64,000 nucleotides of DNA from Gnetum montanum. Its lineage: Eukaryota > Plantae > Gnetophyta. Under the pieces are notes generated by a model. The model saw only the letters and a program-made list of their open reading frames with translations. It was not told where the DNA came from and ran no database searches. A program made the translations under genes and the position numbers. Position 1 is the stretch's first letter. The number at the start of each line of letters is the position of its first letter. The stretch covers positions 73,853-137,852 of the forward strand of contig MNCI01000291.1 in assembly GCA_015680685.1 (NCBI GenBank). Direction: 5' to 3'. Below are positions 39,630-52,455 of this stretch, in pieces.

Positions 39630-42600
39630 TGTTGTCCCTCTTTCTAGCTCCAATTAAATTATTGTTCTTAAAACATGTCCTCCTTCTAGCACCACTTAAG
39701 CAAGAAATAGCTTTTTGTGATTACTCATTTTAGGTGGTTGCTAGTCTCTAGTACCACCAAGGAATAAATATCCCCAAATATCTTTTGCTAATATGAATGA
39801 GATAAATATGGCTAATTATATTTAATAATGAAAAATATTCCTAAGGATTTTTTGTCATGTATACAACTAATAACTATCCCCTTTATCCATCTTTTAGCAT
39901 AATTATGAAGAATTAAATAGCTTTCCTACGAGCCTACCCTTAAATCTTTCATAACTACTATAATGGATGAATGGTTTTATAGAAGATGTCAATCTTTAAT
40001 TTTGAGCCATTTGTTAGCTAACTTTCCAAAGCTAGATCACAAAAGTTTCATTAAACAAAGAAAGAGACTAGGGAAGACAAACTATTCAAAAAGCTTAAAT
40101 TTTAAACAAAGATGACATTATTGCTATGTTACAGTGATGCAAAATGAATAGTTAATAAAAGTTATCTTATTCAACTAGAATAAAAAAAAAAAGTTAAACC
40201 TTGGCTCATAGAGAAATTAACCAATTCCAAAATCAATATTTCATCCAAACATAGTTATGGAATATTTAGGCTAAATAAGTAAGGAAAAGCTATCCAATCT
40301 AATTGCGAACTGAATGATAAAAGCTAAAGGAAATACATAAATCCTATTTAAAATGTCATTACAAAAAATTCTTTTAGAAGATATCTTTCTGAATTCCTTC
40401 CTTAAAAGCTCACTTTTTAAAGAATTGGTTGCTCTTCAACTTCTACCCTAGGATTTATATAATAGCTAGTGGTAGTTACCATCGTTATAAGAGTTAAGGC
40501 CATAATTGCCTCACATTATTCTTATATAACTATAAACCATTGGATAATTGTTTGGTTACTTGATAAAATTTCTCACTCTTTGAATTTGAAGCATCTCAAA
40601 TGATAACTGTTGAGATAATATTCCATGATTGAAGAGAGCCTTAATAGCCTGATTCATTGTGTATAGTTCAGTGTCATTAAGCTTCTTTAAAACTTCTTTA
40701 ATGCATGTTTCTCCCAAACCTAATTTAGTTATAGAAATTGTTATTTCTGTTAAAGAAGCTCCTACATTGGCACAAACTTATTTCAATTTCAACTTCTTTT
40801 TGGTAGTTTCATTTATGATCCCAATAACTACCATTATCATCATATACAAATAATCCTTTTTGTACTAAGATAATAGTTTTCTTTCAGCTCTAGCTAAATC
40901 TAACATTTCTTGTGCCTTTTTGTCCATTTGCATAAATATGTCTTATTTTTTCTTATGGATTTGAAGAGAACTCTAAAGATACTTCTTCATGCTTCAATGA
41001 TAGCTTTATGATACTCTTAGCTCTATTTTAGTTTTTGATTCTGTAACTTGAAATCTATCATGAACTCGCATATTAATCCTAGAGCTTTACCTTTTAATTC
41101 ACTTAATTTAGGATAGGCTATTCAAATATGTTTTTGACACATCATGAGCTTTGATTTTGTTGAGCTACTTCATTAAAAGCTTAATAGTTTAAGCTTAGTG
41201 TCTCAACCTATACTTGTTGATGTAGCTTCTGTTTCATATATACTTTTCTTAGTGTTGATGTTAGCTTGTAGAACCATTTTAACTTGCTTGTAGAGCTAAG
41301 TTTGATTTTATGAATTATTTTATAAAAGAGCTAATGTGGTAGAGAGGTTCTTGAGCTTCCTCATAGAACTAGATTTTGATTCTACAAGTTGTATTATATC
41401 ATTAAGCTTCTTATTCACAATATATTGAGGTGGATTAAAATTTAATGTGCATGTGCTTAAATTAGAATTATATTCTTTTGTGGGCCTAAGATGAGATCTG
41501 CTTATCCTAACATGGCTCATAGATTCGTTTTATCTTTTCCTTGTAAAACCAATTTTTGGTTCTATGAACTTGTGCCAAATATAAATGTTGATATGATAAG
41601 GCTTTTTTAGAGCCCATTTTTAGAGTTGATTCTTCTAGCTTGATAAACATATTGAATTTTTAAAGATGATGTGACTTGTAGAAGCAATTTAAAGCTTTTT
41701 TGTAGAACTAAGTTTTGGTTCTATAAATTCATTCTACAAAGGAGTTGATGTAGAAGGATGAGTTCAAGCTTCTTTGTAGAATCAAATTTTGGTTCTATAT
41801 GTTGCATCATACTCTTTTGCCTCTACTTCATAACTTGTTGAGATGGATAAAAAGTATAGTGTGCATGTGCATAAATTAAACTTGTAATTTTTGTCAAGTC
41901 TGAGATGAGCTCTTTTTATCTTGATGTGGCTTGTAGAACCAATTTGACTTTGTAGAATTAATTTTTGGTTCTACAAAATGGCATTACATAGAAGCTAACA
42001 TGGTAGAGTTTCCTCAAGATTAATCATTTTAGATTTATTTTTCCAATTCAAAAAGCTCATTAATTTTCCAAAGCTGATGTGGTTCATAGAATCAATTTTT
42101 AAGTCCATTTGTAGAGCCAAATTTCAGCTTCATAAATTAGTTCTATAAGTTGATGTGGTAGAGTTGCTTTCATGATTGTTTGTAGAACCAAATTTTGATT
42201 TTATGAATAACTCCCTCTCTTCAAAGCCAACATGGTAGAACCATTTTAAGCCTATTTGTAGAGCCAAATTTTGGTTCTACGAGCCAAGTAATCAAACTTC
42301 TTCATCATGAAACATGACATCACTTTAATAATCAATTTTTCAAAGTGGAAGTAAGTGCATAGTATTCCTTAAGAACTTTTGAAGTACTTCGTTGTTTATA
42401 GAGCCTTTTAATGGAATTAATTTTTGGTTATATGAATGCTTTTCCACATCATTAATCTGATGTGCTAGATTCAAAAAGTTTGTTTCTTATAGAATCATTT
42501 CTCTATTCTACAAACAACATCTCATTTCAAGCTCTTTCTTTGAATTATGACATGACTTATAGAACTAATCTTAAACACTTTTGTAGAGCTAAATATAGGT

Positions 42601-43431
42601 CCTATATAATGATTTTACATAGGAGTTGACATGGTAGAACCAATTTAGTACTTACTTGTAGAACCAATTTTTTATTCTACGAATCATATAATCAAACTAC
42701 TACATGTTACTTTTATCGCTAACCTCCCAAAGTAGAAAATGACTTAAGATCTTATTTAGAAAGCCATTTCATAGAACCATTTTTCAACCCTATGAATCCT
42801 CCCATATAAATAGAGCTAACTTGGTAGAATTATTTTTCGCACTCTTTTGTAGAACCAATTCTTAGTTCTACTAACTTACTTAACAAGATAGCTTACATGT
42901 TACATGGACTTCACATATAAAAAGCTAATTTTAGTCTTTTCTTATGCTTTAATCCTGCAAAGCTAAGTTGAGTAGATCCATTTTTTAGAGTTGGTTTTTA
43001 GTTCTATGGGCATCCTCTATGAGTTGAAGTGGTAATCATAGTTAATGACCCTTTTTTATAATAAATAGGGTTTAGAAACATTTTTGGAAATCCTTCATAG
43101 AAATAAGCTTTGGTTCTATTATGCTACTCTAATATGATTTTGAAGAATTAAGTTAGATTTGGATCAAGCCTTTTTTCTTGAAGTGATAGGGTTTCTTTTT
43201 ACACTTAACCATTGTAATGCTAATCGTGTATTGAGATAAAATTGATATTTAAGCTCTATGAATCTATTTTCAACATTCTCAATTCTAATAAAAAACTAAA
43301 AAAGCATCACCCTGGGCTAGGTTGAGCTCATATAAGTTCTACCTTTATAGCTAATTCAACTATTTCATGTGATGTTGGATATAATCCAAAATCGTAGCTC
43401 CTTGAACTAACTGAAACTTCCTAAGCTTATA
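39630..43431 (-). repeat. LTR-c of D (terminal 3' LTR; ~300 bp at its right end lost by deletion)
   Basis: Collinear with 45246-48947 and 54266-~58075. Confidence 0.85.
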
Positions 43432-45082
43432 CCTCATTTAGAAATAAGGAGAATCTCTATCAGCTACAACCTGTGTTTTAGTAGTAGGTTTATCATTGTT
43501 ATAGAAATAGTTTGTAGCAACATCACACATCTTCTTTTTGTTCTTAATTTCTTCTAAAATTATTTTGGAATATCATTTCATTTGAATTAATTGATATAGA
43601 CTAATGTTGGATCTAATTCTTTTTAGGTCTTCTATTATATCATACTTTCCTTTGTCATAAAATCCCAATTTCCTAAACATTCTTAGGGTAGAATCTTATT
43701 GAATTGCTTCATTTTTAAAGATCTTTTCTTCAATTTTTTCTTTTCTTCAAAATCTTTTTTCTTCCTAATGGGTTCAGGAATTAGATTTAGTGATCTAGAG
43801 GTAGTCATGTTTTCTTTTGTACTCTTGAGTTTATATCTAGAATCTTCATTATTATTGAAATTATCATTATATAAGTGTCCAAATTCTAAGCCTTCAAATA
43901 TCTGGTAATTAGATGACCCTTCTAAGTAATGTACATATGGATGTGCAAATTTCATAAATTCTTCTTCAAATTCTATTAAATTTAAATTAACCAAGGCTTA
44001 TTTTTCCTCAATATCTTCAAACTTGGCTTGGGTATTTGATTCTTAGCCTTGTATAAATTTTTTATCTTCTTTAAATTTCATTCTTGACATAGCCTTTTTT
44101 AATTTGACAATTTTATTGGACATCTCTTTTAAAAGGTTTTCTTTATTAGATTCTTCGTTTTGTAACTCAATAGAACTATTGATTGAGACTAATGACTTAA
44201 GCTATGTAAAATTTTGGATGGAAAACATTGCTTTTGGTGATTCCTTTGCACAAGTTTGTATGCCATCTAGAGTTAAACTTACTTGTATTTCTAATTCTAT
44301 GGCTTCACTATAGAGGTCAACTAAAGTATTAATGTTTAGAGTCCTACATAGCCAAATTGAGATTATAAGGTCTATGACATTCAAGTAAGTATCTCTTAGA
44401 CCTTCATTATTAGGATGAAATTGATTTTGAAATAATCCACATACTCTTTGAAACTTAATGTTAAATTCTCTAACTGATTCTCTATTTCCTTATTTCATTT
44501 GAGTTAATCCACTATAAATTTGATGTTGCTCAATTTGATTGTTAAAGTGGGCTATGAATAAAGTTTTCATAATATTCTAGCTAGTAATACTATTGTTTGG
44601 TAAGTTTAAATATCAAATTTGATTAATATTCCTAAGGTTACCTATGAATAGTTTGCAAGCCTAATCTTGGGTTGAATATTCGTATGGACAAGAGATAATT
44701 CAAATAGGTGTAAATATTTCTCTACTAAATAAGCTTTACTAGGGTAGTATGGTTTTGGTAGATATTTGTAAGCTACCTTAGAAATGTCATGATGAGCATT
44801 GATCATCAAAGGTGTGGGTAGTTGAAATGAGTTAACAAGAGGTGGGTTAGCTATTATTTGTCAACAATGATTTCTACTAGATGAACCTATTTTGAACTTC
44901 GCTTTTCTATTGAAAGACAAATCCTTAATCACAGATGATATTCTATTTCATTGTGTCTTTATTCCACTACCTACGTTTCTAATTATGGTATTAGATTTTT
45001 CCTTTAATGAAGCTTCAGTCTTAAATTTGGATATGTTCCTTGGGCTTTTAAAATATTCTTGCTTATCTGAGGATTCACTAAT
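43432..45082 (-). pseudogene. gag: gag remnant, second internal copy of D
   Basis: Collinear with 52456-54102; ORF fragments 43683-43994 and 44202-44384. Confidence 0.8.
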
Positions 45083-45220
45083 GGGCCAGAATTAACTATC
45101 CTAATCTAAATTATAACCTAATTTAAAGACTATCTAACTCATGCCAGAATAAGTAATCTAACATAGGACCTAATCTATCCTAATATATCCTAATAAATTT
45201 TAGTATTCTTTTACAACATG

Positions 45221-45237
45221 ACCTCCTTCTAACATCA
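45221..45237 (-). promoter_or_regulatory. Tat-type PBS of D (second copy at ~54241-54257)
   Basis: ACCTCCTTCTAACATCA approximates the reverse complement of TGGCGCTAGAAGGAGGG. Confidence 0.65.
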
Positions 45238-46009
45238 TTTAAAGTTATTGTTTCTTCGAGTGCTAGTTGAATAGTTGTTCTCACAACATGCCCTCCTTCT
45301 AATACTAGTTAAGCAAAAAATAGCTTTTTGTCATTACTTGTTTTAGGTGGCCACTGGTCTCTAGGACTACCAAGGCACAGATACCCCCAAGTAGCTTTTG
45401 ATAGTATGAATGAGCTAAATATGGCTAATTATGTTTAACAATGAAAAATTTTCCTAAGAATTTGTTGTGTTGTATATAGCTAATAGCTATCCCCTTTAGC
45501 CATTTTTTAGCATAATTATGAAGAATTAAATAGATTTCCTATAAGCCTAGCTTTAAATCTTCCATAGCTACTATAACAGATGAATGCTTTTATAGAAGAT
45601 GTTAATCTTTAATTTTGAGCCATCTATTAGCTAACTTCCCAAAGCTAGATCACAAAAGTTTTGATAAGTAGAGCAACAGATTAAGATAGAAAAATTATTC
45701 AGAAATCTCAAAATTTAAACAGAGATGACATTACTACTATATTAGATTGATTTAGAATGGATACTTATAAAGCTATCTTACTCAACCAAAATAACCAATA
45801 TTTCATCCGAAGATAGCTATGGAATACTTAGACTAAACAAGTAAGGAAAAGCTATCCAATCTAATTACTAACAGAAAGATGAAAGTTAAAGAAAAAAAAT
45901 AAAACTTGTTTAAAATTCCATTAAAAAAAATTCTTTTAGAAGCATTCTTTTCAAATTCCTTCCTTAAAGGCTCACTTCTCAAAGAATTGATTCCTCTTTA
46001 ATTTCTACT

Positions 46010-46830
46010 CTAGGCTTTATATATTAGCCAATGGTAGTTACAACTATTATAAGAGTTCAAGCCACAACTGCCTCATGTTCTCGTCGTATAATTGTAAATT
46101 GTTGGATAACTATTTTATTTCTTGATAAATTTTCCTCATTCCTTAAATCTTAAGCCCCTCAACTAATAACTATTAAGATAATCTTCCATGATTTAAGAGA
46201 TCCTAATAGCCTAATTCATTGTATTTGGTTTAGTGTCATTAAGCTTTTTTAAGACTTCTTCAACACTTGTTTCTTCCAAAATTGATTCACTTATGAAATT
46301 TTTTATTTCTATTAAAGTAGCTCTTGCATTGGTACCAACTTGTTCCAATTCTAGCTTCTTCTTGGTAGTTTCATTTATGATCCCAATAACTATGATTGTC
46401 ATCATATCCAAATAATCTTGTTTATACTATGGTAATAGTTCTATTTTAACTCTAGCTAAATCAAACACTTCATATGTCTTTCTATCCATCTACAAAAATA
46501 TGAGTTTTTTTTCTTATGGATTTTATGAGAACTCTAAAGAAACTCCTTTGCACTTCAATGGAAGCTCTGTGCTACTCTTAGCTTTATTTTTCGATGGCTT
46601 TGTAACTTGAAATCTATCTTGAACTCAGTTATTAATCATAGAGATTCATCTTTTAATTTGCTTACTTGAGAATAGGCTGTTCAAATCTATTTTTAATACA
46701 TGTCATGAGATTTCATTTTATTTAGCTACTTCATTAAAAGCTTGATAGTTTGGGCTTAGCATTGCAACCTATTCTTGTTGATGTAGATTCTATTTCCATA
46801 TAGCCTTTTCTTAGTGCTGGCGTTAGCTTG
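46010..46830 (-). pseudogene. Decayed unknown helical-protein reading frame inside the LTR of D (copies at ~40450-41290 and ~55075-55920)
   Basis: ORF 46211-46411 extends both ways when C>T stops are reverted; homologous sequence is present in all three LTRs. Confidence 0.5.
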
Positions 46831-48640
46831 AACTTACTTGTAGAGTTGTGTTTTGGTTCTATGAACTATTTTATGAAAGAGCTTTCATGGTAGAGTGGTT
46901 CTTGAGCTCCCTCATAGAACTAGAATTTGGTTTTACAAGTTGTATTATATCCTTTAGCTTCTTAATCATAATATATTGAGATGGATTAAAATTTAATGCA
47001 CATGTGCACAAATTTAAATTGTATCCTTTTGTGGGCCCAAGATAAGATTTGCTTATCTTGATATGGCTTGTAGAAGCATTTTATTTTCTCCTTCTAGAGT
47101 CACATTTTGGTTTTATAAACATGTTCTAAATATAAATGCTAATGTAGTCAGGCTTCTCCACATCCCATTTTAGAGTTGACTCTTCTAGATTGATGAACTT
47201 ATTGACTTTTTGAAGCTATTGTGGCTTGTAGAATTGATTTAAAGTTTGTTTGTAGAGAAAAGTTCTAGTTCTATAAATTCATTCTACAAAGGAGCTGATG
47301 TGGAAGAGTGAGTTCAAGCTTCTTTGTAGAACCAATTTTTAGTTCTACATGCTACATCATACTCTTTTGCCTCTACTTTATAAATTTTTGAGTTGGATTA
47401 AAAGTATAGTATGCCTATGTGTAAACTAATCTTGTAATCCTTGGTGGGTCTAAGATGAGCTCTATTTATCCTAATGTGGCCTGTAGATTGATTTTGTCTT
47501 TTCTTTGTAGAACCAATTTTTGGTTCTATAAACCAAGATTATATAGAAACTAACATGGTAGAGTTTCCTCAAGGTCCATCTTTTTGGAATTATTTTCGTA
47601 GAACTGATTTTTAAGTCCATTTGTATAGCTAAATTTTGACTTCATAAACTAGTTCCAAAAGTTAACATGGTAGAGCTACTTTTGTAGTTGCTTATAGAAC
47701 TGAATTTTGGTTCTACAAACAATATCTTTTTTTCAAAGCTGATGTGGTGGAATCATTTTTAAGCCTCTTTGTAGAACTAAATTTTCATTCTAATATCGAT
47801 GTAATTAAACTTCCTCATCACAACACATGATGTCACTTCAATCATTGATTTGTCAAAGTGGAAGTAAGTGGAAAGTGTTCCTTAAGAGCTTTGGAGTACT
47901 TCTTTGTTTATAGAACCTTTTTATGAGACCACTTTCTGGTTCTATGAATCCTTTACCACAAAATGATCTAATGTGGTAAAACCAAAAATTGCATTTCTTG
48001 TAGAATCATTTTTTGTTCTATAAAAGATAGCTCATTCAAGCTCTTTCTTTGAATTATGATGTGGCTTATAGAAGTAATTTTAAACTTGTTTGTAGAGCTA
48101 AATCTAGGTTCTATATAATTATTCCACATAAGACCTAATATGGTAGAATAAATTTAGTGCTTGCTTGTAGAACCAAATTTTGGTTCTATGAGTCACATAA
48201 TCAAACTTCCCTATGTCGTTACTCTGATTTCTAACCTATCAAAGTAAGAAATGACTTAAGCGCTTGTTTATAGAGCTCTTTCGTAGAACCATTTTTCAAC
48301 CCTATGAATCTTTCCATCTAAATAGAGCTGACTTAGTAGAACCATTTTTCGTGCCCTTTCATAGAACTATTTCTTGATTCTACTAACCAATTTCATAAGA
48401 TAGCTTACGTGTTGCATGAGATTCATATAGACAAAGCTAGTTTTAGTATTTTCTTATGCTTTAATCCTATGAAGCTAACTAGAGTAGACCCATTTGGTAG
48501 AGCTAATTTTTGGTTCTATGAGCCTCCTCTATGAGCTAACATGGCAATTGCAATGAGTGAAACCCTTTTTTACAATAAATCAGGTTTAGAATTATTTTTG
48601 AAAATTCTTCATCAATTTAATATTTGGTTCTATTATGCCA
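46830..48640. repeat. Array of degenerate palindromic units (GTAGAACCAAATTTTGGTTCTAC) in the LTR of D; also ~41260-43120 and ~55900-57760
   Basis: Example TAGAACCAAATTTTGGTTCTA at 48168-48188; in the regular stretches the motif recurs every ~75-100 bp. Confidence 0.85.
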
Positions 48641-50129
48641 CTCTAAAATGACTTTGAAGAATTAATTTAGGTTCATCAAACCTTTTTTCTTAAAATGAAA
48701 AATTTTCTTTTGGCACTAAATCATTTTTTCTAATGCTAATTCCGTATTGAGATAAAACTAGGCTTTAGGATTTGTGAATCCATTTTCAATGGTCTCAATT
48801 CTAATAACTAGCTCAAAAAGCATTTCCTTGGGTTAGGTTAAGCTCATACAAGTGCTATCTTTGTAGCTAATTCAACTGTTCCATGCTATGTTAGATATAA
48901 TCCAAAACCTTAGCTCCTTGAACTAATTGAAACTTCATGAGCTTATATGATCAACAAGAAAGAATATTTTGTGGTTGTTTATTCAGCTTTAAAATTTTTT
49001 TTCCAAAAAGAATTTTGATCACAAAGACTTAAATCTTCATAGCATCTCAATACAAATTTCCCCTGAAATTTACCTTTGCTTAGGACTCCATTTTTGCACT
49101 CAATTACAATGCAGCAAATCTTAGCTTAATCTTATCACATGATTATATCAACCTTTAAAAGTCATGGGATATTGGATAAAGAAGTAAACCCAATAATTCA
49201 AGTTCTTTGCTATTTCATGAAAGTGGCTATTGTTACAACAACAATTTTCTCAAATCAACACAACCTTCTTCTTGTAATATTCATATATAGACACAAGAAA
49301 AGTTAACTAAAATCTTAAATATTTTTTGGAAAAAAAACCATTGTACCTTAAGACTAAATACAAATGAAAAAATCCTAGTCCTATAATGCTTCTGATAGGT
49401 TAATCTAAAGTTAAGTTGATGATACTAGTCAACATTGTCTTGTAATTATCATTTTCCTCAAAACATTTTATTCTAAAGATCCATCATATTCAAGCTTAGT
49501 TTTCACTTGGGTTAGTACAACACTTTGCATGTCATGATTTTAATCTCACTTTTTCTTAGGGCCTTTCAAAATTTGATATTACTTAGGCTTATCTTCTTCT
49601 TCATGTTCTTTTCCTAAGTTTTCGAGCCTCCCTTCAATGTTGCTCTAATGTTGATTGACTAAAACATCCTCATAATGAAAATTCTAAATTAGACTCTCTT
49701 CATCAAAATTTTTCTTTAGGGAAATGTCTAAGAATTTTTGAATCTCAACCCATTCTCTAACATGGATGGATTTTCCATTTGTAAGTATGGAAAATTCATC
49801 AAAGAGCCAAGCCATAAATGGATAATTATAAGATGTTTCATAAGTCAGGTTCCTATAATATGTCCTTTGTACATGCTCATGACAACATCTAGATAAGTAT
49901 GGGATAAAAGACCTTGTTTTCATTTTAACCTTCTTTGGACCTATGAAAAATCTTCTTCTTATTGTTGGCCTTGATATCATAATCATGATTATTCATAAAA
50001 TGACAAGCTTATGAATTTTATAGATTAGCTTCTACTTCCTTAATAGTCCTAAGAAAATTAGTTATAAAACACTATGTACATATTCACAAAACTAGTCAGC
50101 CATTATTAAAATGTTCTAAATCAATGGTT

Positions 50130-52455
50130 TCCCAAAATAATGCTTTAGATGAAGAGCATTAAACGGAGCTTAACACATGTCTATCTAATGAAGGAAGCCT
50201 GAAAGTATTTTTAGCCAAGTGTTGCTTGATTATTAATGGTCTAATCCATCTAGATGAGAATTTGTTAGCTTTATCTTTCTTATTAACTCTTCATAAGTAA
50301 ATCTCCTTCCCTAAATGCTTTCCATCCCACTTAGTAATCAAATCATCTTTTCATTAATGTTGCATTATGTAAGAGCTTATCTTAGGCTTCATTTAATTTT
50401 GGCTTCTTTTTCTCAATAATAAAGCCGCCACAACACATTTCTTGTCTAATCATGGGTTCTAATTTTTCATAAATTCTCTGCCAAAGACATTACAATGTTA
50501 GTTATATGAGCTTTAAGTCCATAAACCAAGCTAAATGATGTAGTCCATATAGATTTTTTTATTCTAATCCTATCAGTCTAAAGAGCTCCTTGCAAAAGTT
50601 CATGTCATTTTCCTATATTATTATCCATGAAATGCTTAATATAAGAAATTAGCTTCTTATTTGTGGACTATGATGGGCTGTTTCCTTGTGGGAAATAATT
50701 CAAAGATGAATAGAGCAATATTGATGTTCCTATAGTTCATCTTACAAACATAGATGATTGAAAAGGTGTATCATTGTCAATAACAAGAGATTCTATCATC
50801 CCAAACCAATTTATGATGTATTGCTCAAGAAACTTAATCATGTCATAGGATGTACTTCTTAATGCTTTAGTTTCTCACCACTTAGTAAAAATAGTTGGTA
50901 GCTATTAAAATAAATCTATGCCCTACTTTAGATGGGGTAATAGTTTCTATGACATCTAATTGGCCTATCTATTATTGCTAGTTTCAATGAAGCATTAGCC
51001 CTTTTTACCTTTGGCCGATAAAATTGACACTTGTGGCAAGTTAAAATTTTATCTCATTGATCTCTATACATAGTGAACTAATAGAATACATATCTCAATA
51101 TATGTTGCATAGTAGTCTTAAGAGACTCATAATATAAGCCCCAATGATTATGGAATTACTTTAGAATTTCTTCAATTTTTTGGTTAGATGCATATTCTAG
51201 AAAGATTCCTCTGAAATCTCTTCTATATAGAATTCCTTAAGTAAAACTGAATTTCTTAGTCTTGATTATGAAAGCTCTTTATTTACTTTTTGATAGATTC
51301 TTTAAAATTTCTTAGCTAGTAAGAAACTTTACAATGTTATCATACCAATTTGTAAATTCAAGAGAAACTAATACTTCTTGTTTAGATTCTCTTGTCATCA
51401 TTCTAACGAATCCCATATTCTTAACTATTGGATATGTTTCTAGAGTAAACCTAAACTATTGAAGCTTGATCATTCAATTAGCTCTTTTAAGTCCATTCTC
51501 ATTTTGTGATAGAAATTATCTTATAGATAGCTCTACAATCATAATATGAATTAAATCATTCTATAAATAATACTTAAAATGTCCTAAAGCTTCAATCATA
51601 GAAAATGCTTGTTTTTCTAGCTTTGACTAATTTCTTTTAGCTTCTTTTAATTGGTAACTGAAAAATTTAGTGGGCTTTTCTTTTGTTTCATCTTTTTGTG
51701 TTAATATTGTAGCTAATGAGTCTATTGAACAAAAGGCATATAACTAGAAATCTTCTATCAACTTGGATTTCACTAGATATGGGGCTTCTAAAATGGCTCT
51801 CTTGATTTGATCAAAAGCCTCAAGTGATTCCTTGATCTTTTGTACTTTAACATCCTTTTTAAACATTTTTGAAAGAATTTTTGTTATTTTTTTAAATCTT
51901 GATATGATTTTTTTTAACAAAATTTACTTTTCCAAAGAAAGACCTTAGTACTTTCTTATTCATAGGATGTTCTATGCCTTGGATGGCTTCTATTCTAGCT
52001 TGATCAATAGCTATTTCTTTTTGTTAGATCATATGTCCAAGTAAGTTTCTTGATTTCACTTCAAAAATACATTTTTCTGGATTCAAGGAGATACCAAATT
52101 CTTTATATTTGTTAAATAATTAGAGTAAATGGGACACATGATTTGATTTATGCTTTGAATATACTATAATATCATCTAGGTAGATGGATACAAATTTTCT
52201 AATAAGTTCCTTAAGTGCAATATACATAGCTCATTGAAAAGTAGCTCCTACATTTGATAAACCAAAAGGCATTCTTTTGTATGCAAAAGTTCATCATTTT
52301 GTAATAAATTTTGTGTTAAATTTATCATTCTTATCCAATGTAATTTGATTGTTTCCTAAAAATCCACCTAGGAAGAAATATAATTAATGTCTTGACACTT
52401 TTAACAACATTTCATCAATTCTCAAAAGTGGATATCAGTTTAGTTAATTGATGCT
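50130..52455 (-). pseudogene. pol: pol of D: N-truncated RT, RNase H, integrase; protease absent
   Basis: Manual translation gives YPLLRIDEML..AYKRMPFGLSNVGATFQ..VSIYLDDIIVYSK..ISLNPEKCIF (RT), SKLEKQAFSMIEALGHFKYY (RH), and WYDNIVKFL..TCHKCQF..KFSSRWIRPLII (INT). Confidence 0.88.

Larger units (their letters stand above)
45246..49243 (-). repeat. LTR-b of D (shared middle LTR)
   Basis: Runs TATTGT...ACAACA, with a PBS on the left (45221-45237) and a decayed PPT-like tract on the right. Confidence 0.85.

Noticed and set aside
45310-45953. Alternative model with a short (~640 bp) LTR for D ending at a PPT-like AATTCCTTCCTT
   Set aside because: The CA terminus is not conserved in the other copies. 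The TSD GTATC and TGTTGT/ACAACA ends fit the ~4-kb LTR instead.
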